From Tubulanus polymorphus (lineage: Eukaryota; Animalia; Nemertea), in assembly GCF_964204645.1 (NCBI RefSeq), contig NC_134034.1, forward strand, positions 9,064,962-9,128,961: a stretch of 64,000 nt of DNA, written 5' to 3'. The first letter of the stretch is position 1. Every line of letters begins with the position of its first letter. A program made the translations under genes and the position numbers. The notes under the pieces are model-generated. The model saw only the letters and a program-made list of their open reading frames with translations, made no database searches and was not told where the DNA came from. Below are positions 25,516 through 40,264 of this stretch, in pieces.

Positions 25516-25633
25516 GAGACTTCTCAAATATCGTGGTCGAATTCGAAAGTGCTTGTCGTCGTATTGCTATTTCTAGAAACCAGCAGAAAGTTTTGCTACT
25601 GTTTTTGAATGGCGTTGACATGATGGAAATTTA

Positions 25634-27459
<1,826 letters not shown>

Positions 27460-30431
27460 GGAAATTTATTACCCATAAATGGGTTACACATTTGGATCAC
27501 AGCACCTCACTTGCCGCAGTGCGTTATTTTCACTGCATAGTAATGCTAATACATAAACTTTTTTACTACTTGACTCATCTGAACAGTACTGCGTTTGAAA
27601 ACTCAACGAATAGAAAATGTTGCGGAATCGCCTACAAATGCGGGAAGCGCCTACAAATAAGTTATAATAAGATTAATTAATCGATGCATGAAAAACAATT
27701 AAATCACTAGGTGACTAACACCCGTCTTTCAACCAATCTGCGCGATACCAATTAATTAAATCATTAAACGCATTGGGTTCCTAATATTTGAAATCATGTG
27801 ATACAATAGTTGTTCTTTAGACTTGGCCACTTTCATTTCAGAAAACCGCGTACTAGACCAGTGGTCACCGAGGCATTCCTTCAAGTTTTGAAAATTCGAT
27901 GGTAACGCGGATTTTTCGCCTCTAAAAACTGTTTCATTAATAGTTTTCTTTATATGAAAAGTGTTCATAGGAATTGAAATTTGGAGTGATATCAGTCACA
28001 GCTGTAACCCTTTTTCATTGTCAGTTCTTTTTTGGAATTCAAGTAGATTAGTGAAAATATCAATGATGAAGTTCACTTATTACACAAGTACCGTTTTTAC
28101 TGTCGCATGCGAGCCCCCTATTTAACACGAATCGGACAACTTTTCGACACAAAAAGATCTATCAACTGCATATCTTCGGGTATAAACTGTGATATCCTTC
28201 GTATGTTATGAATATCTTTAAAAATTTGTGTTCTAGTGTAATACCCGAAGGTTTAACTATCGGACACATAAAAGATTCGCCATAACCAAAGTTTTTAAGA
28301 AAATCTTTCACCGAGAAAGAAAGATCTTTAAAAGAACGATTGGCGTCAAACTAATCCATAATGGACTGTTGTGAATTTATTGAATAATCCACCTGAGCAA
28401 TTTAAAGATTTCGAAACGAAATTTATTTATATAAATCAAAAATGCATGAATAACTTGACGTTATTTGCGGGTCTCATGAAACACTTTCGTGCGCTCTTTT
28501 AAAATCTAAAATATCATAAAAACATGTGTGTTTCGTTATAAACAAGGTTAAATTCCAAACGCACATGAAATATGGAGCCTGTATCACACGATACGGTATA
28601 CACATCTTGAATTTTCTCTAACTACGTAGGCCCTTTCCAAATGGGAATTGTTCAGTTGTTTAACGGCCGACATTCAGAGGCACCTAAAAAACCGGTTGTA
28701 TAGCACTTGTGATTTTCAGTGTAGGCTACATCTCACATCGACTCGTCTCGCGGTCGGTGGTTTAATGGGAACTGATTCCTTTTTAAAATTTTAAAATTTA
28801 GATTTCGACGGATATCATCAAATTACTAGAAAGGGACAGCAGCTTTCGGTCATCTGCGAATAAATACCTAAAATGCTGTCCTAGGGTTATGGAAAAACAT
28901 GTCACGAAACATACGGAAAATCCTTTGTTTGGTAGACTGAAATGATTAAATAGCAAAACTCTTAAATAGCAACATTCAGAGAAACAAAAACATAAGAATA
29001 TATTCTCACCCACCCTTTAAAAAAACAACGTGATTTCAATTGAAGATGACACGTAACCTCATATCAAATGATATGACCGCAACAGAGCCTATTCATTCTC
29101 TTTACGAGGATGGGTCTCCACATTCATAGGATACGATACGAGATTCGTGGGTACGAATGATGAATACAACTGATAAAGCGCCAATTTCACTGATTCTTGC
29201 ACATAAAGGTGTTTTAGAGTAATCTAGTTAAGGAGTATAGGAGTATTTTGAATTTAGATTCAAATCGGGGTTCATGACGAATATTGAGCGTTCTAGGGCT
29301 GGGGCAAGAAACGTGTGGGATCGTGCGCCAATGGTATCGCCGAAGAAATAATAAGGAGCCAGTGCGTGGTGGCTATTGAAAGCGACGACCGCATACGAAT
29401 GCATTGATTGAATGACATCTCAAAAGTATATAAAATTGAACATGATATATGGATAGGTTATTCCATATATACTGGTAAAAATGATGCCCAATATGTGATA
29501 TAAATGTTCAATTAAAAAGTAGAAACAAAATCCATAATTCAGACTGGTATTGTTATAACATCAAACACTCAAATTCAATCCTTTGTTAGATTGGTAGCCA
29601 GTGTAGATGAGCAAGAATAGTAGTCCCTAATTTTAATGTGGACTGTTCAACAAGTTGGAGTTTGTGTAGAGATGAATGAGTTTAAAATGGAGTGGAATTT
29701 AGATAATATTGTTTGAATGTCTATTACTCAATCATTTTATTGATCATAAAACATTGTGGTAAAATATTTGACTCTAGGGTTGGTTTTAGATTGTATCTCT
29801 CCACGCCAGAGGTAATCACGGATACTGGACTACACAAAATTCCTTGTGTACAGCTCAACTTTTTAAATCCCTGGAAAAGCTCGCCTCGGATATATCTCAG
29901 TAATGATTAATTTTCCCAAAAAGTCTCCCCTTCGAAAAACCTAAACAACCAATGTGCGCTTGCTCTAAGTTTGCCAATGCACTATTGTTACCTTTTCTAG
30001 CTATTTGTACTAGCTGTTTGTCGCAAATAGATTGCATCCTTTATTACAGGAATAAAGGATACAGCTCTGGGACTCGTTTCTCAATAGATAGTTTAAATTA
30101 ACCATCATCCAATATGATACATGACCAAATACACTGAAAAAGATCAACTATGTACACATTTCAAATTTCACTCGTCGACAATGTCTACAATCATGTTTAT
30201 ACAATCTTATATAGAGCGGCTGGGATCGAGGGGCTGCGTGTATGTGTGGATTACTCTAATATAGAGTGGCTGGATCGAGGGGTGGTGTGTACGTGGATTA
30301 CCCTTATATAGAGTGGCTGGGATCGAGCCCTTATATAGAGTGGGATCGAGGGGCCGCGTGTGTGCGTGAATTGTGTGCGTGGATTACCCTTATATAAAGT
30401 GGCTGGGATCGAGGAGCTGCGTGCTTCCGTC

Positions 30432-31366
30432 TTTAGCAAGGATAATTTTTATCTGGATTGCTGCGGATGTTTAAATATTGTAATCAATATTTTGCCAGGT
30501 CATTTGTAGCTAAGAAAACATATTTGTAGATTTTTCCTATGTCCATTAATGGATCTAACCCTTAGTCTTTGTCACTTTTACCCGGATACCGTTTTGGCAG
30601 CTCAAGTAGGCTGTCTTGTTTATTGAGTATTTTGTCTGCCTAGCGAACTGGCACTATTTTTGAATAAGTGATATAATAGCAATATAAACAACTTTCAACT
30701 CACCTGCCCTCGCAACTAGTTTAGCTCTCATCAGGTAATTAGTGTCTTAATATGTCACTAAGATTTGGATGAACCAATCGCTAGAGGTTTTGGTCACTAA
30801 TTTCTTGATGGGAGTGTCTTAATCAACTTAGTTTTTGGCAGCACAGATTTGATCACTCTGTGCCTGCTTTCCAACTGATTAAGACGTAAAATAAACTGGT
30901 ATTAACACATAAATTCAATCGTTTGAATTTTCAGGTGAGTTACATCCATTTTTCATAGTTAATTTTTACATATGTTTTGGCATAAATGTGTACCTAGGCT
31001 TAGCTGAGAAATCAGACCTTTATGTAACACGTACATTTGGTACTGAGAGTCAATTTTTATAGATTAGGTATTTAACCTAAAATGACAGCTAATGATTATT
31101 TGTTTGTAGAAATAGGCCTTTGTATTAAGTATGTAGTTAAAGAAAAGTAATTTTAGGACAATCTCAGTTACGATCTGATGTAGTTTGATTAAACGAGTAA
31201 TGGTATTTAATTCTATTCTGTGTATACTGTTAACTAATTATCATACACTCTGTGCCTGCCATCCAACTGATTAAGACGTAAAATAAACTGGTATTAACAC
31301 ATAAATTCAATCGTTTGAATTTTCAGTTTTGTAAAATTGGCAACGCGCAAAAAGTCCGTTGCTAAA
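30432..31366 (+). repeat. 5' LTR
   Basis: Near-identical to 37732-38670; ends tttagcaa...ttgctaaa. Confidence 0.95.
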
Positions 31367-31406
31367 ATGGTGAGAACCCTTTAACGATTTCCGAAACCTC
31401 TCGCAA

Positions 31407-32540
31407 ATGAATCCCCGCTCGGTAGCACAAAACAACGGCAGAATAACAAGATCGACGACTTCGAGGAACGATCCTCTCTGGAATTTGGCTGTACCGAGCT
31501 CTCCGGTACGTCTGCAGCCCGTCGATATACGTGTGCACAGCACGGACAATCAGGAAGCGCACGCGTTAGTACGGGACGAACAAAGCAATATGCCGAAAGT
31601 TAGTTTAGATTATTTTGGCGTCGGGTATGGTACCAATGTACCAGCCTGGTTGGACCGTTTCGACCAATATCTCAGGCTGAACAACGTACCAGCGGAGAAA
31701 CACGTCGATGTGTTTTTATATCATTTAGGGCATCATGCGGCCAATATAAAGAACAGCCTTCCGGTTGCCGACCAACTAGATATCAATAAGTTAAAAACCG
31801 CACTGAAAGAGCGCTTTCAGCCGTTGGAGGACCAGTTGCTTACGACCAATATTATGCAAGCGCAAAACGAGTCGTTGAACTATTATCTTTACCTATCGAC
31901 ATTCTCGCGTCACAATCGTCACTGACCCCGCAACAAATCGTTTCGCGGGCAATACAAGGGTTACAGCCACGCATTGCGGCGACTCTAGCTGGCCATTTGC
32001 CCGATAGCATGCCAAAACTGCGAAAAATCGCCCTGACCGTCGAAAACTCAAGCAATTTCGTGCCGTTATCTACACCTGTTGTAGCCGCTGCTGCAACTTC
32101 AACGGATGCTGCTGTGGAGAAATTGCAGGCTCTTACGACCGTCATCGCCGAGCAGTTTCAACAGAATTTGAAAGACACCTCTGCAATGTTATCGAACCGA
32201 TTCGACGATGCGATGGAAACCCTCAGATCGGAGGTATGCGCCATTGATACTCGACACATACGTCACCAAGACCGTCCGTCGTTCGACCGCGAACAATACC
32301 GCTCACGACATTGGGCTCCTGACCACCGACGCCAACCAAGATTTAGTCGCGGGAGAGGCCAACCAAGAGGCAGTTAGAAATTCGTCACAGACCCGGAACC
32401 GAAATTTCGGTTCAAGTAAGTGTATAAGGTGTTTTAAGCCAGATTGTGAATCAGAAGATACTTGTTATGCCAAATCATTAGAATGTCGTAACTGCCATAG
32501 ATTAGGTCATGTCGTGCGTGCATGCCCCGATAGAAGATAG
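31407..32540 (+). pseudogene. gag: Gag (frameshifted)
   Basis: WLDRFDQY...LKTALKERF capsid-like segment and CCHC knuckle CRNCHRLGHVVRAC, split over three ORFs. Confidence 0.88.
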
Positions 32541-35500
32541 GGGTGCGCGCCTGTCCCGGTTCAAAGTACTCAGGACGGGCACCCACAGGTTCAACTTAAG
32601 GCTACCTTGGAACGCAATTTGACTACCATTTTTATAGGTCGTCATCGTGTCAAAGGTTTGCTAGATACCGGAGCACACATTTCGTGTATATCCAAACAAT
32701 GCCTAAATAGGACTAAGTTTGCACATAGTAGGTTACATAAGTCCGATATCAAAGAAGTTGTCGGTGTGGGTGGGCATCTGATTCCTGTCTTAGGGACTAT
32801 AGAACTGCCCTTGACTTTTCCCGATGTCGCTACTCCGGTCATCTTTTCATGTTTTTGAGAAACTCCATCAACAGCTAATTCTGGGCATCGACTTTATGGA
32901 TCAGAAAAAGGTCGATTTGTTCTATTCTGATCAATGTTTTACTATGAAGGAATGTGCTCCTCAAAAGCCATTACTTCTGGAAGTACACTCGGTTATAGCT
33001 AGGTCATCTGTTAAAACGAAATTACCCCCCAGGTCAGAATTAAATATTCCCGTTAGGATTCCTAAACGCGTAGGTAACGAGCTCGTGCTACTATCACCTC
33101 TAGATGAGCTTGCTTTCAAGAATTTTTCCGGCGCAAAATGCCTGGTTCACATTCGAAACGGTAACGCTACAATGCGGCTCATGAACCCAACCAATAAATC
33201 CATCTCCATCAGGAATAACCAACCTCTCGCCTCTGTCTCTGAACTGGATAATTCAGTACCGATTTCGTCGTGACTTGATGAAAAAGACTCCGACCCATCT
33301 CCGGTCATTCATAACTCGGTCAACAACATGAGCTTACCCTCTGAATATACACACGACACGGTAGATACGTTGAAATTTCATACAAAAGCGCCGCCCCCTC
33401 CGCAGGAGAAGATTGAGTTTGATTTATCTCAGTCAGACATTTCTGAAGAGCAAAAGCAGGTCTTACAAAATTTCTTACATCAGAACAGGGACAGGTTCTC
33501 CACTAACTTACATGAACTAGGATTCTCGAATATTCAACAACATCGAATTGATACAGGTGATCACCCGCCTGTGAATTCTCGCCCGTACCGCCAAAACGCC
33601 ACTGTGCGAAATGAACAGAATAGACAAATCGGCGAAATGCTTAAAACTGATATTATCACTCCATCTAACTCTCCATTCCAATCCCCGGTAGTCATAGTCA
33701 AGAAGAAAAATGGGGAATACCGATTTGCTGTCGACTATCGCAAGTTAAATGAAATAACGAAGCCCATGGCTTACCCATTGCCCAGAATCGCAGATGTGAT
33801 TGACTCTGTGGGAGAATCTCAGGCAAAGCTTTTTACCACGCTTGACTTAAAAAGTGGCTTCTGGCAGATCAAACTAGATCCTACTACAGCCCATAAGACA
33901 ACTTTTGTAACACAGAATGGGGCGTATATGATCAAACGCCTCCCGTTTGCTTTGAGAAACTCACCCATGACATTTCAGATGACTATGAACGAAGTTCTTA
34001 GGGGCTTTCATTGGAAATTTGCTCTTGTATACATTGACGACATTCTCATTTATAGTAGCTCATTTGAAGAACACTTGGAACATTTACAACTTATTTTTGA
34101 TAGATTGAGAGAAGTAAATCTAACCCTACAACCTGAGAAGTGTAAGTTTGCAGTCAGCTCAGCCACTTATCTAGGTTTCATCTTCACCAAAGAGGGAGTC
34201 AAGGCTGATCCAAGCAAATGTGAGGCCATAAATTCTTTCCCTGAACCTAAGTGTCGAAAGGACCTCCGGGCTTTCTTAGGTTTATGCAATTTCTATCGGC
34301 GTTTTGTTAAGGATTTCTCATGTATCTACAAAATTGACTCCTCTTTTGAAAAAGGATGCCAAATTTATCTGGACTGACGAACATTGACAAGCCTTTAACC
34401 AATTAAAATCCAATCTGATATCACCCCCTATCCTGGTCTATCCTGATAATAACCGTCGTTATTTCATGTCAACCGATGCGTCAGACACTGCTGTAGGTTA
34501 TATATTGGGTCAGTTCGATGAAGAGGGCCGAGAGAGGGTCATCGCCTATGGGGGTCGCTCTCTGTCTACTCCCCAAAGAAATTGGCCTACCCGAGACAAA
34601 GAGGGTCTAGCCATTGTTCTCGGTATCGATTCGTATCGTGAATATCTATCGGACAGGGAGTTTACCATTTTCACCGATCATATGTCCTTGACCCAACTTC
34701 TTAAGGCTAAGGATACATCACAACGTGTTACCAGGTGGACGACAAAAGTACAAGCTTATCAATTCACCATTGTCCACCGACCGGGTAAGCAGAATTCCAA
34801 TGCCGATGGGGTGTCCCGACGAGATAACCCTCCAATTGAAGATGACAGCGATCATGACGATTTTCCCGCCCCACTTGGGGCCGTTCTACCGTCAAGTCGG
34901 TCAGACGTTTCAGTCTCTGCTAGTCGCATAGGTGAAGGCCTATCCAGCCACCCTAATGTTACTCCGAATGTTACTCCAAGTGATGACTCGATGGGAACCT
35001 GGTTGGAGACGGAACTAATGAATGTACAGGATTTACCCCCTGTGGTTTCGTCCATTCAAGATGTAGATTTCAGGTCAAAACAATGCAGCTCTCCAACTTA
35101 TGGACCCATGATTGCTTTCCTTGAGAATGGTACCTTACCCTCAGATCCAAAACTGGCTAAATGGATAACAGCTGCAGAACACCTATTTCATATGTATGAC
35201 GGTATTTTGTATCGTGATTTTCGAAGCAAAAAGGAAAAGTTGGCCAGTGTCGTCGCTCAGATCGTCGTCCCGGAAGACCTTCAGTTGCATATCTTGGTAG
35301 CTTATCATGATTGTTGTGCTGGGGGTGGCCACGCAGGTATCCAAAAAACGTATGACGCTATCAAAACCAAATGTTTTTGGCGAAATATGTATCGGGATGT
35401 GGTCCAATATGTGCAGTCTTGTGTGTCTTGTCAGCAATCAAAGGTTAATCCACACGCAAAACCCCGCATCTGACAAATCTGCCCATTGAGGACACATTAG

Positions 35501-36708
35501 GGCGTTGGCATATCGACTTCCTGGGGCCACTTCCTGAGGGAAAGAATGGCGAGAAACATATTTTGCTCGTAGTTGATAGCTTTTCACGCTGGCCCGAAGC
35601 ATTTGCATTAAAATCACAAGAGGCATCAGAAGTGGCAAAGGTTTTATATAATGAAATTTTTGCCCGATACGGTGCTCCGAGGTCGCTTGTTTTAGATCGT
35701 GGAAAATGTTTTCTCGCTAAACTAGTTTTATCTATCTGCGAAATGTTTCAAGTTAAAAGATATCACACATCTGCTTACCACCCCCAAACAAATGCATCCT
35801 GTGAGCGCACTAATAGGTCAATTGCCCAAATTTTTCGTTCCTATATTAGCGAGGAACAGACTGAATGGCCCGATATACTATCTAGTGTTCTCATGGCTCT
35901 ACGTGCTTCCCCATCGTCTCACACGACTGGCTTTTCTCCATTTCATGTCTTATTCGGAACGGATATGTCACTACCTATTGACACAACTCTAATTCCGAAA
36001 GAGAATTTGGCTAAAACTGTGCAGGAACACATTGCACGCAAGCAAAGGCATTTGAAAGTAGTCAAAGAAATCGCTACTCAGCAAACTGAAAAGGAACAGT
36101 TACGCAACAAAGAACTCCATGATAAGCATGCCTCGACACCAGATTACCAAGTCGGTCAAAAAGTTAGGTTGTTGCGTAAGCACACTAAGAAAGGAAAGTC
36201 TAAGAAATTCATGCCCAAATTTACAGGCCCATATGAAATTATAGCGTTAGGTAAAAATTTTACCTACTTTCTCAGATGTTGTCGAACAAACAAAGACCTG
36301 CCATCAGCGGTGAATGCTTCCCGCCTCAGTACTTTTGTAGACCGGGCTGATTACCCGCATCTACTACCTCAGCTCGAGAATGAGAGTACACATGACGACT
36401 CGGTAACTGATTCTCAAGTCATGGTTACACCTGACATTCAGGACAATGAAACAGACACAGCATTTGATGCTACAAGACAGTCCCTGCAAGAGCCGACCAC
36501 TGATAAGACTTTCTTTCCAATTGATAAGATATTGAAGATGCGTACTAGATCTGGCATTGTAGAATTCTGCGTAAAATGGTCCGATAAATCTCCAAATTCT
36601 TGGCAACCTTCTGATTATCTTACGCAGTCGGCCAAGGATGAGTTCTTCCGTACCCACACGAGACAGGGTAAAACGCGAAAACGAAGGTCCTGTTTCAAGA
36701 GATCATAA
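32541..36708 (+). pseudogene. pol: Pol: protease, RT, RNase H and integrase with C-terminal chromodomain-like region (several frameshifts and stops)
   Basis: LLDTGA; DYRKLN, LDLKSGFWQI, YIDD; STDASD, FTDH; HHCC zinc finger; VVDSFSRW, YHPQTNASCERTN, GPY; FPIDKILKMR...FCVKW...NSWQP. Confidence 0.95.
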
Positions 36709-37731
36709 CTCGATTTTGCTGTTTCACCTGTGATTGGAATATTTTTTTAAGGAGTTTGGCACGGGTAGAGACAACTTATATGTGCTATGAGTTGTGCGCA
36801 CAACTCTCCTTTCGCGTCTCTTGCTTGAAATAGCAGGTGTCATACTCCTAGGTTGAATTTCTTTTTACAATTTTACAATTTTTCGAATACTGGAATTTGT
36901 TGAAGGATTTTTCGTGATTAGTCTCTTCCCTTGGTGAGCTCTGACTTATCTCGTGCGGGATGTTTCTCTCGTGTCCGCCTGGATCTGGTACAACTTACGC
37001 TGTCCGTTAGTTGCCACCCCACACCGGTCAACTTGAATCGTCGTGACAGGTTATCTTGAATTTTGTACAATGCGTCTTCAAAGAGAATGAATCTGTGGTA
37101 GTCTAAATTTTGTTGGGTAATTGATTAATTACATTCCGTCGAGGATTACCTCCAGTTGAAATACTACATGTCGAGTTTTCGAGTATAATATGGATCTGGC
37201 GTACTATTTACCCATGTCATGGAACTTGTATTACTTTCATAGTACAGGTCATTGTACATACTTATATTATAAAAAAAGTATATCCCATGTTTTATAGTAT
37301 TTTTTAATGCGCCGATGTTGCAGCTACGTAAATGGTGGCGGTGATTTTTCTGTATCTGTGTATTTTTTTACTATATCTATGATTTGATGAGTATTTCATA
37401 TTTTTATATGATAAGGATTATTAATGTTACTTCACCTGGATTCGGGTTAATTTTTCTAATATAACAATATCGATGAGTCACTGTCTATTATTAGGGGATT
37501 ATGTTGATTGTTGCTGATGTTTTGCCATGTATTTACCCTTTTAGTATTATTAGAATTATGTAACGGAATACGGATGTAGAACTGATACTGTGTGATATTG
37601 TGTTTAGTAAGTTTTTAGGGATATATTACAGAACTTATGTTGGATGAGATGACTTTTTATTTTTACCTCCCTAGGCTTGTGTGTTAATTTTCTGCTTTTG
37701 TGGACAAAAGCTTGAATATAGTGTGGGAGAG

Positions 37732-38670
37732 TTAAGCAAGGAGTATTTTTATCTGGAACTGCGGATTGTGTTTTCATGTTTAAATATTGTAATCAATATT
37801 TTGCCAGGTCATTTGTAGCTAAGAAAACATATTTGTAGATTTTTCCTATGTCCATTAATGGATCTAACCCTTAGTCTTTGTCACTTTTACCCGGATACCG
37901 TTTTGGCAGCTCAAGTAGGCTGTCTTGTTTATTGAGTATTTTGTCTGCCTAGCGAACTGGCACTATTTTTGAATAAGTGATGTAATAGCAATATAAACAA
38001 CTCTCAACTCACCTGCCCTCGCAACTAGTTTAGCTCTCATCAGGTAATTAGTTTCTTAATATGTCACTAAGATTTGGATGAACCAATCGCTAGAAGTTTT
38101 GGTCACTAATTTCTTGATGGGAGTGTCTTAATCAACTTAGTTTTTGGCAGCACAGATTTGATCACTCTGTGCCTGCTTTCCAACTGATTAAGACGTAAAA
38201 TAAACTGGTATTAACACATAAATTCAATCGTTTGAATTTTCTGGTGAGTTACATCCATTTTTCATAGTTAAATTTTACATATGTTTTGGCATAAATATGT
38301 ACCTAGGCTTAGCTGAGAAATCAGACCTTTATGTAACACGTACATTTGGAGAGTCAATTTTTATAGATTAGGTATTTAACCTAAAATGACAGCTAATGAT
38401 TATTTGTTTGTAGAAATAGGCCTTTGTATTAAGTATGTAGTTAAAGAAAAGTAATTTTAGGACAATCTCAGTTACGATCTGATGTAGTTTGATTAAACGA
38501 GTAATGATATTTAATTCTATTCTGTGTATACTGTTAACTAATTATCATACACTCTGTGCCTGCCATCCAACTGATTAAGACGTAAAATAAACTGGTATTA
38601 ACACATAAATTCAATCGTTTGAATTTTCAGTTTTGTAAAATTGGCAACGCGCAAAAAGTCCGTTGCTAAA
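37732..38670 (+). repeat. 3' LTR
   Basis: Direct repeat of the 5' LTR, followed by TSD cgtc. Confidence 0.95.
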
Positions 38671-38693
38671 CGTCAGTTGATTTTCACAATCAG

Positions 38694-38895
38694 GATTGTA
38701 GACATTGTCGACGAGTAGAATCGGTCGACAATCGGGGTTGTAGACATTGTCGACGAGTAGAATCGGTCGACAATCGGGATTGTAGACATTGTCGACGAGT
38801 AGAATCGGTCGACAATCGGGGTTGTAGACATTGTCGACGAGTAGAATCGGTCGACAATCGGGGTTGTAGACATTGTCGACGAGTAGAATCGGTCG
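38694..38895. repeat. 42-bp subterminal tandem repeat (~5 copies), each unit palindromic
   Basis: ttgtagacattgtcgacgagtagaatcggtcgacaatcgggr, with internal IR attgtcgac...gtcgacaat. Confidence 0.92.
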
Positions 38896-40264
38896 CAGCC
38901 GAATTGCTCCTTTTCTATAAATGTATCTTTGAGCGGGGAACTATTCCACGCTATACTGGACTTGAACCGACCTTACAGCTTTCTCTATTGGTTAGCGTTG
39001 TGATCACACAAAATTAACCATAAGTTTGAATTCTCACTGATCTACTACATCTCTATAACAAAAATATATTTCATATCAGGCAATTAGCTTTGATCCGTGG
39101 TCAGTGGACAGCAGCTACGAAACATTTAAAACTACTACATTATCATTCCATCTATTCATTATTATGTATACATAATATGATATGATATCTTCTTTGTTCA
39201 GTTTAAAAGTCTTGATCGTAAAAGTTTGACAAGTTTCGCATAATGGTACCGATACGCACGTTCACGCGAGTGAAATGTGCACGTTACAGGCTCAAATGCG
39301 CACGTTTCAATTACAAATGGAAACGTTGTTCGTTCAAAACCCTACGTAAAAATCTTATGCGTTTTAGCGGAATTTCAAAGTTAGCTCGCTACCTACAACA
39401 AAAATCGGACAAGACTTTTTCAAGCGACAAATTTAAATGTAAGAGCTAGTAGTACTAACGAAGGATTCACTAAACATATAGGCCTAAATTACTTATGGGG
39501 GTTCTGGTTAGCACTGGTAACTGGTCAGTACTGGTCAAGCATTGGTCAGTTAAACAATTTTTAGATTAATGCCCACATCATATCTAGTTATTTGACACCA
39601 AACGACTTAATTGTTTGCAAAACAAATAATTTAGTATATGGTCAGTACTGGTCATGCATTGGTCAGTTAAAAGACCATGGTCCACGCCACATTTGATACC
39701 AAACATGATTGGATTGTGTCGTTTCGAAAATTTATCTGTTGGGCAATTTGTGGTCAGCCCTGGTTCGTTAGGTTCTTATTTTGCGGGCATTTTATCTCAA
39801 ACCACCGAAAGACTGGATTACTAATTAATTCACCAGATCATTAATTGCTGAAAATGAAGATTAGTGTTCAACTAATAGTCCTTGTCTGAACAAAATGTCT
39901 CTGGTATGGGTCCTATGGAATCATGTCCTTAACTGTACACCGTACTGTATCTTTGTACTGTATCATTTTATGTTCACTACTACCGTAATTGACTATGATG
40001 TTTTCAAGTGGTCTTAAGTACCGCTAATAGCCGAAAATAGTTGATTTATGTGAAATTTACATACAGCGCCACCCGTTGGTAGTAAAACTAACCCGAACAA
40101 TACGGGTGTTAAATAGATACGCTAGCAAACCGGCATTCTCATAATGGTGTGACAGACAGTAGTGTCAGGGGTCGCGTTAGCGATATACCACTGACACTAA
40201 GGTTCTCAGTGAAAGCCCATATTCAAATGCCTGTGGTCAGACGTTGTAAGGAACCGTAACAACG

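Larger units (their letters stand above)
30432..38670 (+). mobile_element. Full-length Ty3/Gypsy LTR retrotransposon
   Basis: LTRs 30432-31366 and 37732-38670; 4-bp TSD cgtc (30428-30431, 38671-38674); PBS-like tggtgagaaccc at 31368; PPT-like gtgtgggagag before the 3' LTR; PR-RT-RH-INT order. Confidence 0.97.
30207..38968 (-). mobile_element. Internally deleted relative of Merlin-1, split by the Gypsy insertion (only one end found)
   Basis: 38895-38968 matches the reverse complement of the Merlin-1 left end, with the TIR identical. 30207-30425 carries the Merlin-1 minisatellite in the same inverted orientation. Confidence 0.7.

Noticed and set aside
36709-37731. env-like third ORF in the Gypsy element
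   Set aside because: No ORF of meaningful length.
38694-38895. CRISPR-like palindromic repeats
   Set aside because: Units are head-to-tail with no unique spacers; no cas genes; eukaryotic context.
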